From contig CAYWVF010000014.1 in the NCBI GenBank assembly GCA_964461815.1, positions 1,515 to 65,514 on the forward strand: 64,000 nt of DNA, read 5' to 3'. The position numbers and the translations under genes were made by a program. Below are positions 47,485 through 57,584 of this stretch, piece after piece (position 1 is the stretch's first letter; each line of letters starts with the position of its first letter). This stretch comes from an uncultured Oscillospiraceae bacterium (GTDB lineage: Bacteria; Bacillota; Clostridia; Oscillospirales; QAMX01). Below the pieces are notes generated by a model. The model had not been told where the DNA came from, did no database searches, and saw nothing but the letters and a program-made list of their open reading frames with translations.

Positions 47485-47724
47485 ATGGATGTTATTAACA
47501 CGATTCTGAGCGTTATTCAGGTAGTGCTTGCAATAGCTGTTATAGCTCTTGTTATATTGCAGCCAAATAAGCAGGAAGGTCTCAGCGGCGCTATTGGCGG
47601 CGGCTCCGATACATTCTTCGGCAAAAACCAGAGCAAAACGAGCGAAGCATTGCTTAACAAGCTGACAATAATCGGCGCTATAGCCTTCGGCGTAGTTTCT
47701 TTGCTTTTAAACATTATTAAATAA
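47485..47724 (+). CDS. secG: Preprotein translocase subunit SecG
   Basis: 79 aa from MDVINTIL. Two TM helices with the central QPNKQEGLSGAIGGGS loop. Confidence 0.85.
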   Translation: MDVINTILSVIQVVLAIAVIALVILQPNKQEGLSGAIGGGSDTFFGKNQSKTSEALLNKLTIIGAIAFGVVSLLLNIIK

Positions 47725-47848
47725 GCTTTTTTGCAAGCAACACGCATTCTATGAAAATGCGAAATAAAGCCATTTTGCATATTTTATGATGCGAAATGGC
47801 TCGTTTGTTTGTAAAAGTGTATAAACTTTCAAAAAAGAGTGAAAACTC

Positions 47849-47877
47849 TTGACAAATAGGCGAAAATAGGTTATAAT
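47849..47877 (+). promoter_or_regulatory. Perfect-consensus sigma-A promoter driving the S10 operon leader
   Basis: TTGACA, 17-nt spacer, TATAAT. About 380 nt upstream of rpsJ. Confidence 0.6.
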
Positions 47878-48264
47878 ACATAAGGTTGCGATATGAAGAT
47901 ATGATCGCAATGTGCATATGGCGATGATGCCGGAGATTGCTGCCGGAAAAGGCAGGTAACTTTGGCGGAGTATGTCCGCACACCGTAAGAACGGTGAATA
48001 TGTCGGGCGGCTGAGGATACTGTGTACGCGCGTTTGTGCAGTAGCTGTACTGCATGGCACTATGTGCCAAAAAAGGACAAACCAACACGAAGCAGTAAGG
48101 AGCCGGATAGTGTAAAGATAATGGCTTCCGAGGTAACTTGGGAGAATAGTATGTCTGAATGAAAAGATCCGGTTTTTTCATGCAAAGGTTTTAAACGCAC
48201 GGTACGGTTGCAGGATTTCCTCGTCGTACGAACAAAAGTACGTACAAGAAAGGAAAGTTAGGAA

Positions 48265-48570
48265 ATGGAAAAAATGAGAATTCGCCTTAAGGCTTACGAT
48301 CATCAGCTCATTGATCAGTCAGCCCAGAGAATAGTTGAGACGGCGAAGAAAACGGGATCCAAGGTATCCGGTCCGATACCGCTTCCCACACAGACAGAGA
48401 TCGTAACGATCCTTCGTGCTGTTCATAAGTATAAGGACAGCCGTGAGCAGTTCGAAAGACGCACACACAAGAGACTCATCGATATTCAGAGCCCTGCACA
48501 GAAGACAGTTGAAGCTCTTATGAGCCTTGATCTGCCGGCAGGCGTTGAAATTGAAATAAAGATGGTGTAA
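48265..48570 (+). CDS. rpsJ: 30S ribosomal protein S10
   Basis: [15 protein letters not shown]...SGPIPLPT matches S10. Confidence 0.95.
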   Translation: MEKMRIRLKAYDHQLIDQSAQRIVETAKKTGSKVSGPIPLPTQTEIVTILRAVHKYKDSREQFERRTHKRLIDIQSPAQKTVEALMSLDLPAGVEIEIKMV

Positions 48571-48668
48571 CAAAGCCTCGAAACGGGACGGTAAATTTTA
48601 ATCCGTTTTGAGTTCCGAGTGTCATGTTGGGGTGATGCTCCCCAACCAATAACCGAAGGAGGAAAAGT

Positions 48669-49304
48669 ATGAAAAAAGCGATCATCGGAAGAAAAGTGGG
48701 TATGACCCAGATTTTCACCGAAGAGGGCAAGGTTATTCCGGTAACAGTAATCGAAGCCGGTCCTTGCACAGTAGTCCAGAAGAAGGAAACAGAAAAGGAC
48801 GGATATGATTCCGTACAGCTCGGCTTTGAAGATATTGCCGAGAAGAAGCTGACAAAGGCTGAAGCAGGTCATTTTAAGAAGGCTGGCGTAGAGCTCAAGA
48901 AGGTCATTCGCGAATTCAGACTCGAAAATGCAAAAGAGATGAATGTCGGCGATATCATTAAGGCAGACACATTTGCTGAGGGCGATACAGTTGATGTAAC
49001 AGGTATTTCCAAAGGTAAAGGTTACGCAGGCGTTGTTAAAAGATGGGGCCAGGGCGTACAGTGTCATACCCATGGTGTTGGACCTGTTCACAGAAGTGTA
49101 GGTTCTATGGGTGCTAACACTGACCCGTCAAGAGTTATGCCGGGCAAGAAGATGCCTGGTCACCTCGGCAGCGAGCAGGTTACAATCCAGAACTTAAGCG
49201 TTGTTAAGGTTGACGCTGAACTGAATATGATCGCGGTTCGCGGAGCTATTCCGGGACCGAAGGGCGGTATCGTTGTTATCAAGAATACCGTCAAGAATAA
49301 TTAG
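48669..49304 (+). CDS. rplC: 50S ribosomal protein L3
   Basis: GRKVGMTQIF N-terminus. Confidence 0.95.
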   Translation: MKKAIIGRKVGMTQIFTEEGKVIPVTVIEAGPCTVVQKKETEKDGYDSVQLGFEDIAEKKLTKAEAGHFKKAGVELKKVIREFRLENAKEMNVGDIIKADTFAEGDTVDVTGISKGKGYAGVVKRWGQGVQCHTHGVGPVHRSVGSMGANTDPSRVMPGKKMPGHLGSEQVTIQNLSVVKVDAELNMIAVRGAIPGPKGGIVVIKNTVKNN

Positions 49305-49338
49305 TGCCGAACACGCTTAAAAAGGAGGAAAAGTGAAA

Positions 49339-49965
49339 ATGCCAAAAGCATATGTGTATGATATGACCGGTGCTAAGGTTTCCGAAATGGAGCTTCCTGA
49401 AAGCGTATTCGGAATCACACCGGACGCAGTTGCAGTACACGAGGCTGTTAAGAATCACCTCGCAAATTGCAGACAGGGCACACAGAGCGCTCTTACAAGA
49501 GCGGAAGTAAGCGGCGGCGGCAGAAAGCCGTGGAGACAGAAGGGAACAGGCCGTGCAAGACAGGGTTCAACAAGAGCTCCTCAGTGGACACACGGTGGTG
49601 TAGCATTTGCTCCGAAGCCCAGAACGTATACCTACAGACTTAACAAGAAATATAAGAGAACAGCTCTTCTCAGCGCACTTTCCGCTAAGGCAGCAGCCGG
49701 CGAGATCCTCGTGATCGACAACATCGAGTGTGCAGAGATCAAGACAAAGACGATTGCTAAGCTTCTCAAGGCTATCGATGCTGAGAATAAGGCTTACATC
49801 GTAACTCCGGAGCTTAATCGCAACGTAGTACTCAGCGCAAGAAATATCCCCGGTGCCGTAACAACAATGGCTAACCAGCTCAGCGTTTACGACATCATCA
49901 ACAGCGGCAAGCTCGTTATCGATCGCAATGCCGTTGCAAAAATCGAGGAGGTGTACGCTAAATGA
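49339..49965 (+). CDS. rplD: 50S ribosomal protein L4
   Basis: ATG 10 nt after AGGAGG. Product is L4-like. Confidence 0.9.
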   Translation: MPKAYVYDMTGAKVSEMELPESVFGITPDAVAVHEAVKNHLANCRQGTQSALTRAEVSGGGRKPWRQKGTGRARQGSTRAPQWTHGGVAFAPKPRTYTYRLNKKYKRTALLSALSAKAAAGEILVIDNIECAEIKTKTIAKLLKAIDAENKAYIVTPELNRNVVLSARNIPGAVTTMANQLSVYDIINSGKLVIDRNAVAKIEEVYAK

Positions 49966-50255
49966 AATCAGTATATGATGTAATTGTACGCCCGATAGTA
50001 ACAGAAGCTTCTATCGCAGGTGCAGCTGATAAGAAATACACCTTTGCAGTAGCAAAAGAAGCTAACAAGATAGAAATCCGCAAGGCGGTTGAAGAGATCT
50101 TCGGTGTAAAGGTTGAATCCGTTAACACAATGAATTATGACGGCAAAGAGAAGCGCATGGGTTACCATGTAGGCCGCAAGCCTTCCTGGAAAAAAGCTAT
50201 CGTTACTCTGACCGAAGATTCGAAGGGCATAGAGTTCTTCGAGAGCATGATATAA
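49962..50255 (+). CDS. rplW: 50S ribosomal protein L23
   Basis: Position and sequence (VIVRPIVTE...). Confidence 0.95.
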   Translation: MKSVYDVIVRPIVTEASIAGAADKKYTFAVAKEANKIEIRKAVEEIFGVKVESVNTMNYDGKEKRMGYHVGRKPSWKKAIVTLTEDSKGIEFFESMI

Positions 50256-50268
50256 AGGAGTGAATAAA

Positions 50269-51102
50269 ATGCCGATAAAGACCTTTAAGCCCACGACTCC
50301 GTCAAGAAGACATATGACGGTGCTCGATTATTCTGGACTCGATAAGGTAAAGCCGGAAAAAAGTCTTCTTGACAAAAATAAGAAGTACGCCGGTCGTAAC
50401 AGCTATGGCAGAATCACCGTTCGTCACAAGGGCGGCGGAAACAGACAGAAGTACAGAATCATCGACTTCAAGAGAGATAAGACAGACATGGCTGCTACAG
50501 TCATGACACTTGAATATGACCCGAACCGTTCAGCTAATATCGCACTTGTTCATTACGAAGACGGCGAGAAGAGATACATCATCGCTCCGTACGGACTTTC
50601 CAAGGGCGACGTTATCATGTCAAGCGAGAACGCTGACATCAAGCCGGGTAACACATTGCCGATAGGTAATATCCCGGTTGGTACGGTTATCCACAACGTA
50701 GAGCTTTATCCCGGTAAGGGCGCACAGCTCGTACGTAGTGCCGGCGGAGCTGCTCAGCTTATGGCTAAGGAAAACGGCTACGCACAGGTAAGACTTCCCT
50801 CCGGTGAAGTTAGACTTATAAGACTTGACTGTAAAGCAACAATAGGTCAGGTTGGCAACCTTGATTATGAAAATGTACAGATCGGTAAAGCAGGCCGTAA
50901 GCGTCATATGGGTATCAAGCCTACAGTACGCGGTTCAGTTATGAACCCGGTTGACCACCCGCACGGCGGCGGTGAGGGCAAGAGCCCTGTAGGCCGTCCG
51001 GGACCTGTTACACCGTGGGGCAAGCCGGCGCTCGGTTACAAGACACGTTCTAAGAAGAATAAGAGTGACAAGTTTATTGTCAAGCGCCGCGACCGCAAGT
51101 AA
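50269..51102 (+). CDS. rplB: 50S ribosomal protein L2
   Basis: [16 protein letters not shown] start. GGGEGK motif. Confidence 0.95.
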   Translation: MPIKTFKPTTPSRRHMTVLDYSGLDKVKPEKSLLDKNKKYAGRNSYGRITVRHKGGGNRQKYRIIDFKRDKTDMAATVMTLEYDPNRSANIALVHYEDGEKRYIIAPYGLSKGDVIMSSENADIKPGNTLPIGNIPVGTVIHNVELYPGKGAQLVRSAGGAAQLMAKENGYAQVRLPSGEVRLIRLDCKATIGQVGNLDYENVQIGKAGRKRHMGIKPTVRGSVMNPVDHPHGGGEGKSPVGRPGPVTPWGKPALGYKTRSKKNKSDKFIVKRRDRK

Positions 51103-51118
51103 AGGGAGGACGTAAGTA

Positions 51119-51400
51119 ATGTCAAGAAGTATTAAGAAGGGGCCATTTGTAGCACCCGAGTTATACAAGAGAATCGCCCAGCTGAATGCAAGCGGCGAGA
51201 AAAAAGTTCTCAAAACGTGGTCGAGAGCGTCAACCATATTCCCTGAGTTTATCGGTCATACAATCGCTGTTCATGATGGCAGAAAGCATGTTCCGGTATA
51301 TGTAACAGAGGACATGGTAGGCCACAGACTCGGTGAATTCGCTCCCACCAGAACGTTCAAGGGTCATGCAGGAAGCAAGACCTCCAACAACGGCAAGTAA
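51119..51400 (+). CDS. rpsS: 30S ribosomal protein S19
   Basis: SRSIKKGPF start. Confidence 0.95.
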   Translation: MSRSIKKGPFVAPELYKRIAQLNASGEKKVLKTWSRASTIFPEFIGHTIAVHDGRKHVPVYVTEDMVGHRLGEFAPTRTFKGHAGSKTSNNGK

Positions 51401-51414
51401 GGGAGGAAATAGTA

Positions 51415-51765
51415 ATGGAAGCTAGAGCATATTTGAGACATATCCGCATTTCCCCGCGTAAAGTTAAGATCGTTTGCGACCTTATTCGCGGAAAAGACGT
51501 GGCAACAGCCGCTTCTATCCTCATGCATACGCCGAAGGCAGCTAGCGAGCCTATGCTGAAGCTGCTTAAGAGTGCAATGGCTAATGCTGAGAACAATTTC
51601 GGTATGGATATCGAGTCACTCGTTGTAAGCGAAGTATTCGTTTGCCCGGGTCCGACACTTAAGAGAATCATGCCGAGAGGTAAGGGCAGCGCTAACAGAC
51701 TGCTCAAGAGAACTTCACATGTTACACTGGCAGTCAGCGCTCCTGACGCTAGTGACAAAGAATAG
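51415..51765 (+). CDS. rplV: 50S ribosomal protein L22
   Basis: IRISPRKV motif. Confidence 0.95.
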   Translation: MEARAYLRHIRISPRKVKIVCDLIRGKDVATAASILMHTPKAASEPMLKLLKSAMANAENNFGMDIESLVVSEVFVCPGPTLKRIMPRGKGSANRLLKRTSHVTLAVSAPDASDKE

Positions 51766-51783
51766 GCGAGGAGGTAAGACTAA

Positions 51784-52677
51784 ATGGGCCAGAAGGTAAA
51801 TCCCCATGGACTGCGCGTAGGCGTTATCAAGGACTGGGATTCAAGATGGTACGCTAAAAACGAAAAGGTCGGAGACCTGCTCGTCGAGGATTACAAGATC
51901 CGTAACTATATCAAGAAGCTTTTGTATGATGCAGGAGTACCGAAGATAGAGATCGAGCGTAACCCGGCTAAGGTTCGTATATTTATCCACTGTGCAAGAC
52001 CCGGTATCGTTATCGGACGCGGCGGTGCAGATATAGAAAAGCTCAGACTGGACCTCGAAAAGATGATCGGTAAGAGCGTAGCAGTTAATATTATCGAGAT
52101 AAGAAATCCTGACCTCAATGCTCAGCTCGTAGCAGAGAGCATTGCAGCTCAGCTCGAAAAGAGAGTAAGCTTTAGACGTGCTATGAAGCAGTCTATGGGC
52201 AGAGCTACAAAAGCAGGCGCTAAGGGTATCAAGACAGCTGTTTCCGGTCGTCTTGGCGGCGCTGAAATCGCAAGAACAGAGCATTATCACGAGGGTACAA
52301 TTCCTCTTCAGACAATCAGAGCTGACATCGACTACGGCTTCGCAGAAGCTCATACAACATTCGGTCGTATCGGCGTAAAGGTTTGGATATATAACGGCGA
52401 AGTTCTTACAAGCGGACCGAGACAGAGCACTGTTCCGGCACCGAGACAGGAAAGACGCGACAGACGTGAGAGACGCGACGGCGACCGCGGCGGTTACAGA
52501 CGTGACGGTCAGCAGGGCGGCTTTAAGCGTGATGGCCAGCAGGGCGGTTACAGACGTGACGGTCAGCAGGGTGGCTTCAAGCGCGATGGTCAGCAGGGCG
52601 GATTCAAGCGTGACGGCCAGCAGGGTGGTTACAGACCGAGACCTGCTCAGGCAAAACCGGAAGGAGGCAACGAATAA
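51784..52677 (+). CDS. rpsC: 30S ribosomal protein S3 with a C-terminal Arg/Asp- and RDGQQGG-repeat extension of about 80 aa
   Basis: [12 protein letters not shown] start, KH and S3-C domains. Then six imperfect 9-aa (27-nt) repeats RDGQQGG[FY][KR]. Confidence 0.9.
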   Translation: MGQKVNPHGLRVGVIKDWDSRWYAKNEKVGDLLVEDYKIRNYIKKLLYDAGVPKIEIERNPAKVRIFIHCARPGIVIGRGGADIEKLRLDLEKMIGKSVAVNIIEIRNPDLNAQLVAESIAAQLEKRVSFRRAMKQSMGRATKAGAKGIKTAVSGRLGGAEIARTEHYHEGTIPLQTIRADIDYGFAEAHTTFGRIGVKVWIYNGEVLTSGPRQSTVPAPRQERRDRRERRDGDRGGYRRDGQQGGFKRDGQQGGYRRDGQQGGFKRDGQQGGFKRDGQQGGYRPRPAQAKPEGGNE

Positions 52678-53129
52678 TGCTTCTGCCAAAGAGAGTTAAA
52701 TACCGTAGAGTACACAGAGGTCGTTTGACAGGTAAGGCGTACCGCGGAAATACAGTTTCATACGGCGAATATGGTCTTGTTGCTATGGAGCCGGCATGGA
52801 TCAAATCAAATCAGATAGAAGCAGCTCGTATCGCCATGACAAGATATACAAAGCGTGGCGGACAGGTTTGGATCAAGATATTCCCGGATAAGCCGGTTAC
52901 ACAGAAGCCGGCTGAAACACGAATGGGTTCCGGTAAAGGCTCACCTGAGTATTGGGTAGCAGTAGTTAAGCCGGGAAGAGTCATGTTCGAAATAGCCGGA
53001 GTAAGCGAAGAAGATGCACGTGAAGCTATGCGTCTTGCAGGCTATAAACTGCCTATAAAGACAAAGTTTGTTAAACGTGCCGATGTCGAGGACAATTCAG
53101 AGGACGGCGGTGAAGTAAATGAAGGCTAA
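52677..53129 (+). CDS. rplP: 50S ribosomal protein L16
   Basis: [11 protein letters not shown] start. Short acidic C-terminal tail. Confidence 0.95.
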   Translation: MLLPKRVKYRRVHRGRLTGKAYRGNTVSYGEYGLVAMEPAWIKSNQIEAARIAMTRYTKRGGQVWIKIFPDKPVTQKPAETRMGSGKGSPEYWVAVVKPGRVMFEIAGVSEEDAREAMRLAGYKLPIKTKFVKRADVEDNSEDGGEVNEG

Positions 53130-53310
53130 AGAGATACGTGAGATGACAGTTGAAGAGCTGAATAAGAAGTTAGGCGAGCTTAAAAAGGATCTTTTTAACC
53201 TCCGCTTCCAGAATGTTACGAATCAGCTCGACAATCCCAACAAAATAGTCGAGGTCAGACGCGATATTGCAAGAATCAAGACTATAATCCGTGAGAAAAC
53301 GGCCGTTTAA
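53119..53310 (+). CDS. rpmC: 50S ribosomal protein L29
   Basis: Position and sequence. Confidence 0.9.
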   Translation: MKAKEIREMTVEELNKKLGELKKDLFNLRFQNVTNQLDNPNKIVEVRRDIARIKTIIREKTAV

Positions 53311-53324
53311 GCGAGGAAAGAAAG

Positions 53325-53582
53325 ATGGAAAAAAGAGCTTTCCGTAAAACAAGAGTAGGCCGCGTTGTGTCGGATAAAATGGATAAGACAATCGTGGTAG
53401 CTATTGAGGATAGAGTTAAGCATCCTCTTTACAATAAGATTATGAAGAATACCTATAAGCTTAAGGCTCACGACGAAAATAACGAGTGCGGCATAGGCGA
53501 TAAGGTTGAGGTTATGGAAACACGTCCTCTGTCCAAGGATAAGAGATGGCGCCTTGTTTCAATAATCGAAAAAGCACGCTAA
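53325..53582 (+). CDS. rpsQ: 30S ribosomal protein S17
   Basis: Sequence. Confidence 0.95.
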   Translation: MEKRAFRKTRVGRVVSDKMDKTIVVAIEDRVKHPLYNKIMKNTYKLKAHDENNECGIGDKVEVMETRPLSKDKRWRLVSIIEKAR

Positions 53583-53596
53583 AGGAGGCTATTTGA

Positions 53597-53965
53597 ATGG
53601 TACAAGCTGAAACAAAACTTAGGGTAGCCGACAATACGGGTGCAAAGGAACTCAAGTGCATACGCGTAATGGGCGGATCTGTTGTTAAATACGGTAACAT
53701 CGGTGATGTAATCGTAGCATCAGTCAGAAAAGCTGCTCCCGGCGGCGTAGTTAAGAAGGGTGAAGTTGTTAAGGCTGTTATCGTAAGAACAGCACAAGGC
53801 GTTCGTCGTGCAGACGGTAGCTATGTTAAGTTTGATGATAATGCAGCAGTTATAATCCGTGATGATAAGAACCCGCGCGGAACACGTATCTTTGGCCCGG
53901 TCGCAAGAGAGCTGCGCGATAAGGATTACATGAAGATCCTGTCGCTCGCCCCCGAAGTACTGTAA
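53597..53965 (+). CDS. rplN: 50S ribosomal protein L14
   Basis: [18 protein letters not shown] start. Confidence 0.95.
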   Translation: MVQAETKLRVADNTGAKELKCIRVMGGSVVKYGNIGDVIVASVRKAAPGGVVKKGEVVKAVIVRTAQGVRRADGSYVKFDDNAAVIIRDDKNPRGTRIFGPVARELRDKDYMKILSLAPEVL

Positions 53966-53980
53966 GGAGGGCACGAAATA

Positions 53981-54298
53981 ATGAATGCTTTAAAGCTTAA
54001 AAAAGGCGATAATGTACTGGTTATTTCCGGTAAAGATAAGGGTAAAAAGGGTAAGATCATAAGCACAATTCCTGAGGCTGGAAAGGTATATGTAGAAGGC
54101 GTTAATGTTGCTACATTGCATAAGAAGCCGAGAAAAGCCGGCGAAACCGGTGGTATCGTAAAGCAGGAAGCTGCTATCTATGCCTGCAAGGTAATGGCTA
54201 TATGCCCCAAATGCCATAAGCCCACAAGAATCAAGACAGAGATATCTGCAAGCGGCGAAAAGTCCCGTATATGCAAAGCTTGCGGCGCTGCTATATAA
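53981..54298 (+). CDS. rplX: 50S ribosomal protein L24, variant with a C-terminal Cys cluster (CxxC...CxxC)
   Basis: KOW motif LVISGKDKGKKGKI. C-terminus YACKVMAICPKCHK...RICKACG. Confidence 0.9.
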   Translation: MNALKLKKGDNVLVISGKDKGKKGKIISTIPEAGKVYVEGVNVATLHKKPRKAGETGGIVKQEAAIYACKVMAICPKCHKPTRIKTEISASGEKSRICKACGAAI

Positions 54299-54316
54299 TA
54301 GAAGGGAGCATATAGG

Positions 54317-54859
54317 ATGGCACGCTTAAAGGATAAATATTTAAACGAGGTCGCACCTGCTCTGATGAAGAAATTCGAGTATAAGAGCCCGATGCAGATC
54401 CCAAGGATCGAGAAGATCGTTGTTAACATCGGCTGCGGCGACGCAAGAGATAACTCCAAGGTCATCGACGCTGTTGTAAACGACCTTACAATAATCACAG
54501 GTCAGAAGCCTATAGTCACAAAGGCAAGAAAGTCAGTTGCTAACTTTAAGCTCCGTCAGGGCATGCCTATCGGCGCTAAGGTTACACTCAGAAGCGAGCG
54601 TATGTGGGAGTTCATGGACAGACTCTTCAACGTAGCACTTCCGAGAGTACGTGACTTCAGAGGAATCAATCCTAATGCATTCGATGGCCGTGGAAACTAT
54701 GCTCTGGGTCTTAAAGAGCAGCTTATATTCCCGGAAATCGAGTATGATAAGATAGATAAGATTCGCGGTATGGACATTATCGTTGTTACAACCGCTAACA
54801 CGGACGAAGAGGCACGTGAGCTGCTTACATTAATGGGCGCTCCGTTTGCTAAGGCGTAA
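54317..54859 (+). CDS. rplE: 50S ribosomal protein L5
   Basis: Sequence. Confidence 0.95.
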   Translation: MARLKDKYLNEVAPALMKKFEYKSPMQIPRIEKIVVNIGCGDARDNSKVIDAVVNDLTIITGQKPIVTKARKSVANFKLRQGMPIGAKVTLRSERMWEFMDRLFNVALPRVRDFRGINPNAFDGRGNYALGLKEQLIFPEIEYDKIDKIRGMDIIVVTTANTDEEARELLTLMGAPFAKA

Positions 54860-54873
54860 GGAGGAAAAAGCAA

Positions 54874-55059
54874 GTGGCAAAGAAATCAATGATTTTGAAG
54901 CAGCAGAGAGAGCCTAAGTTCTCAACGAGAAGCTACAACCGCTGCAAGATCTGCGGCCGTCCGCATGCATATCTCCGCGACTATGGCATCTGCCGTATTT
55001 GCTTCAGAGAGCTGGCTTATAAGGGCCAGATTCCGGGCGTTCGTAAAGCAAGCTGGTAA
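54874..55059 (+). CDS. rpsZ: 30S ribosomal protein S14 type Z (zinc-binding)
   Basis: 61 aa with CKICGRP...CRICFRE. Confidence 0.95.
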   Translation: MAKKSMILKQQREPKFSTRSYNRCKICGRPHAYLRDYGICRICFRELAYKGQIPGVRKASW

Positions 55060-55072
55060 GGAGGAAAAAGTA

Positions 55073-55471
55073 ATGCATATAACAGATCCTATAGCCGATA
55101 TGCTGACGCGTATCCGCAATGCAGGTGCTGCAAGGCATGAGCAGGTTGATGTACCAGCGTCAAATATGAAGAAATCCATAGCCGAGATCCTTTATGAGGA
55201 AGGCTATATCAAGAATTATCAGATCATCGATGACGGTGGACAGGGTATCATCCGTATCACACTTAAGTATATGGCTGATCATACACAGGCAATCGCAGGT
55301 CTCCGTCGTGTTTCCAAGCCTGGTCTGAGAGTATACGCTTCATGTGAAGAGCTTCCTAAGGTTCTTCGTGGTCTCGGTATTGCTATCGTTTCCACATCTA
55401 AGGGCGTTATGACAGATAAAAAAGCGAGAGCTGCCAAAGTAGGCGGCGAGGTTCTCGCATTCGTATGGTAA
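55073..55471 (+). CDS. rpsH: 30S ribosomal protein S8
   Basis: [17 protein letters not shown] start. The track ORF extends upstream, spuriously. Confidence 0.95.
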   Translation: MHITDPIADMLTRIRNAGAARHEQVDVPASNMKKSIAEILYEEGYIKNYQIIDDGGQGIIRITLKYMADHTQAIAGLRRVSKPGLRVYASCEELPKVLRGLGIAIVSTSKGVMTDKKARAAKVGGEVLAFVW

Positions 55472-55484
55472 GGGGGACGGAGAT

Positions 55485-56030
55485 ATGTCAAGAATAGGTA
55501 GAATGCCGATCACCATCCCTGCTGGCGTGGATGTAAAGCTCGATGGTCAGAAGATCACAGTTAAGGGTCCGAAGGGCACACTTACACAGGAAATCCATCC
55601 GGTTATCAGCGTTGAAGTAGACGGCAACGTTATTCACGTTAAAAGACCGTCCGACATCGCAGAACATAGAGCACTTCATGGTCTTACAAGAGCACTTATT
55701 GCCAACATGGTATATGGTGTAGATAAGACATTCAAGAAAGAGCTTGAGGTAAACGGTGTTGGTTATAGAGTTCAGAAGCAGGGCAAGAGCCTTGTTATGA
55801 ACATTGGTTATTCTCATCAGGTTATCATGGACGAAATTGATGGTATTACAATTGATGTTCCGGCACCCAACAAGATCGTTGTTAGCGGTCCGGATAAGCA
55901 GGTAGTTGGTCAGTTTGCTGCTGAAATCAGAGAGAAGAGACCGCCCGAACCGTATAAGGGTAAGGGTATCAAGTACGCTGGCGAAGTCATTATCCGTAAG
56001 GAAGGCAAGACCGGCGGTAAGAAGAAATAA
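55485..56030 (+). CDS. rplF: 50S ribosomal protein L6
   Basis: [12 protein letters not shown] start. Confidence 0.95.
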   Translation: MSRIGRMPITIPAGVDVKLDGQKITVKGPKGTLTQEIHPVISVEVDGNVIHVKRPSDIAEHRALHGLTRALIANMVYGVDKTFKKELEVNGVGYRVQKQGKSLVMNIGYSHQVIMDEIDGITIDVPAPNKIVVSGPDKQVVGQFAAEIREKRPPEPYKGKGIKYAGEVIIRKEGKTGGKKK

Positions 56031-56047
56031 AGGAAGGTGTGCCACGG

Positions 56048-56407
56048 ATGGTATCAAGAGTTGACGTAAATAAGCAGCGCGCTAAGAGACATCGCAGAGT
56101 GCGTGCAAAGGTCTCCGGCACGCCGGCAAGACCGAGACTGTGCGTATACAGAAGCCTTAGCAACATCTATGCACAGATCATAGACGATATTAATGGTGTA
56201 ACACTGTGTAGCGCTTCCACAACAGAGAAGATTTTCGCTGAGTACGGCGGAAACTGTGAAGCAGCAAAGAAAATTGGCCTTGCAATCGCTGAGAGAGCTA
56301 AAGAAAAAGGCGTTGAAGAGGTTGTTTTCGACAGAAGCGGCTACATTTATCATGGTAGAATTAAAGAGCTGGCAGACGGCGCCCGTGAGGGCGGCCTGAA
56401 GTTTTAA
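56048..56407 (+). CDS. rplR: 50S ribosomal protein L18
   Basis: ATG 10 nt after [20 protein letters not shown] motif. Confidence 0.9.
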   Translation: MVSRVDVNKQRAKRHRRVRAKVSGTPARPRLCVYRSLSNIYAQIIDDINGVTLCSASTTEKIFAEYGGNCEAAKKIGLAIAERAKEKGVEEVVFDRSGYIYHGRIKELADGAREGGLKF

Positions 56408-56424
56408 GAAGGGGGTCAGAGGAA

Positions 56425-56943
56425 ATGTCAAAGCTGATTGATGCATCTACCCTCGACTTAACTGAGAAGGTAGTAGCGCTGAGCCGTGTATCCAAGACCG
56501 TAAAAGGTGGACGTATCTTCAAGTTCACAGCACTCGTCGTAGTTGGCGATGGCAATGGTATCGTAGGATTCGGACTTGGCAAGGCAAGCGAAGTTCCCGA
56601 CGCTATCCGCAAGGGAATGGAAGACGCTAAAAAGAATCTTAAGAAAATTTCTCTTAAGGGCACAACAATTCCTCACGAAGTAATCGGTGAGTTTGGTGCA
56701 GGCAGAGTACTTCTTAAGCCCGCAGCACCCGGTACCGGCGTTATCGCTGGTGGCCCGGTACGTGCGGTACTGGAGACAGTTGGTATCAAGGACATCAGAA
56801 CAAAGTGCCTTCGTTCCAACAATCCGCAGAACGTTGTTACAGCGACAATGAAGGGTCTTATCTCCCTTCGTAGCGCAGAGCAGGTCGCTGCAGTAAGAGG
56901 CAAGACAGCTAAAGAAGTTTCTCGCCTCGTGCAGAAGGACTAA
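56425..56943 (+). CDS. rpsE: 30S ribosomal protein S5
   Basis: Sequence. Confidence 0.95.
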   Translation: MSKLIDASTLDLTEKVVALSRVSKTVKGGRIFKFTALVVVGDGNGIVGFGLGKASEVPDAIRKGMEDAKKNLKKISLKGTTIPHEVIGEFGAGRVLLKPAAPGTGVIAGGPVRAVLETVGIKDIRTKCLRSNNPQNVVTATMKGLISLRSAEQVAAVRGKTAKEVSRLVQKD

Positions 56944-56955
56944 GGAGGTTTAGTT

Positions 56956-57132
56956 ATGGCTGAAAAGAAAATTACACTGATTAAGAGCCTTAACGGACGT
57001 AACAAGAAGCACATAGCTACAGCTCAGTCCTTAGGTCTCAAGAAGATCGGCGATGTAACCGTACAACCTGACAATCCACAGACCGCAGGTAAGATTGCAA
57101 AAATCTGTTATCTCATCAAGGTTGAGGAATAG
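56956..57132 (+). CDS. rpmD: 50S ribosomal protein L30
   Basis: 58-aa [22 protein letters not shown]... below the track's size cut-off. AGGAGG ribosome-binding site. Canonical position between rpsE and rplO. Confidence 0.85.
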   Translation: MAEKKITLIKSLNGRNKKHIATAQSLGLKKIGDVTVQPDNPQTAGKIAKICYLIKVEE

Positions 57133-57143
57133 GAGGCTAAGCA

Positions 57144-57584
57144 ATGAAATTATATGAACTTTCTCCGGCTCCCGGCTCAGTTAAAGAGGGCAAGCGCAAG
57201 GGTCGCGGAATCGGTACAGGCAACGGTAAGACAGGCGGTAAGGGTCATAAGGGTCAGAACGCCAGAAGCGGCGGCGGTGTACGCCCCGGTTTCGAAGGCG
57301 GCCAGATGCCGTTAGTTCGCCAGCTTCCGAAGCGTGGCTTTAAGAATCACTTTGCTACAAAGTATGCCGGCGTAAATGTTGGCAAGCTTGAAGCATTTGA
57401 AAACGGTGCAGTTGTTGATGCAGCAGCACTGAAAGAAATGGCTATATGCAAAAAGCAGCTCGACGGAGTAAAAATACTCGGCGGCGGAAAGCTTACAAAA
57501 TCGCTTACAGTACGTGCAGCAGCATTCTCTGAAAGCGCAAAGCAAATTATAGAAGCAGCCGGAGGAAAGGCAGAGGTGGTATAA
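57144..57584 (+). CDS. rplO: 50S ribosomal protein L15
   Basis: Sequence. Confidence 0.95.
   Translation: MKLYELSPAPGSVKEGKRKGRGIGTGNGKTGGKGHKGQNARSGGGVRPGFEGGQMPLVRQLPKRGFKNHFATKYAGVNVGKLEAFENGAVVDAAALKEMAICKKQLDGVKILGGGKLTKSLTVRAAAFSESAKQIIEAAGGKAEVV

Noticed and set aside
47717-48181. 154-aa and 103-aa minus-strand ORFs in the S10 leader region
   Set aside because: They overlap the consensus promoter and the structured leader. Composition is atypical for proteins and no ribosome-binding site is present. The region is more plausibly non-coding RNA.
48486-49091. 201-aa minus-strand ORF
   Set aside because: Antisense to rplC and the rpsJ 3' end, inside a ribosomal operon that is certainly transcribed on the + strand.
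51841-52689. 282-aa minus-strand ORF antisense to rpsC
   Set aside because: It lies entirely within the S3 gene and its repeat-encoded tail. Its product is repetitive low-complexity sequence. The S3 reading frame is unambiguous.
54965-55072. Upstream extension of the rpsH ORF; similar extensions at 30760 (NfeD), 25661 (ABC-2 permease), 59475 (map), 40150 (mini-protein A), 5663 (kinase) and 40018 (DUF1700-like)
   Set aside because: Each extension overlaps the upstream gene or intergenic signals. The internal Met with a proper Shine-Dalgarno sequence and homology-consistent N-terminus was chosen instead.
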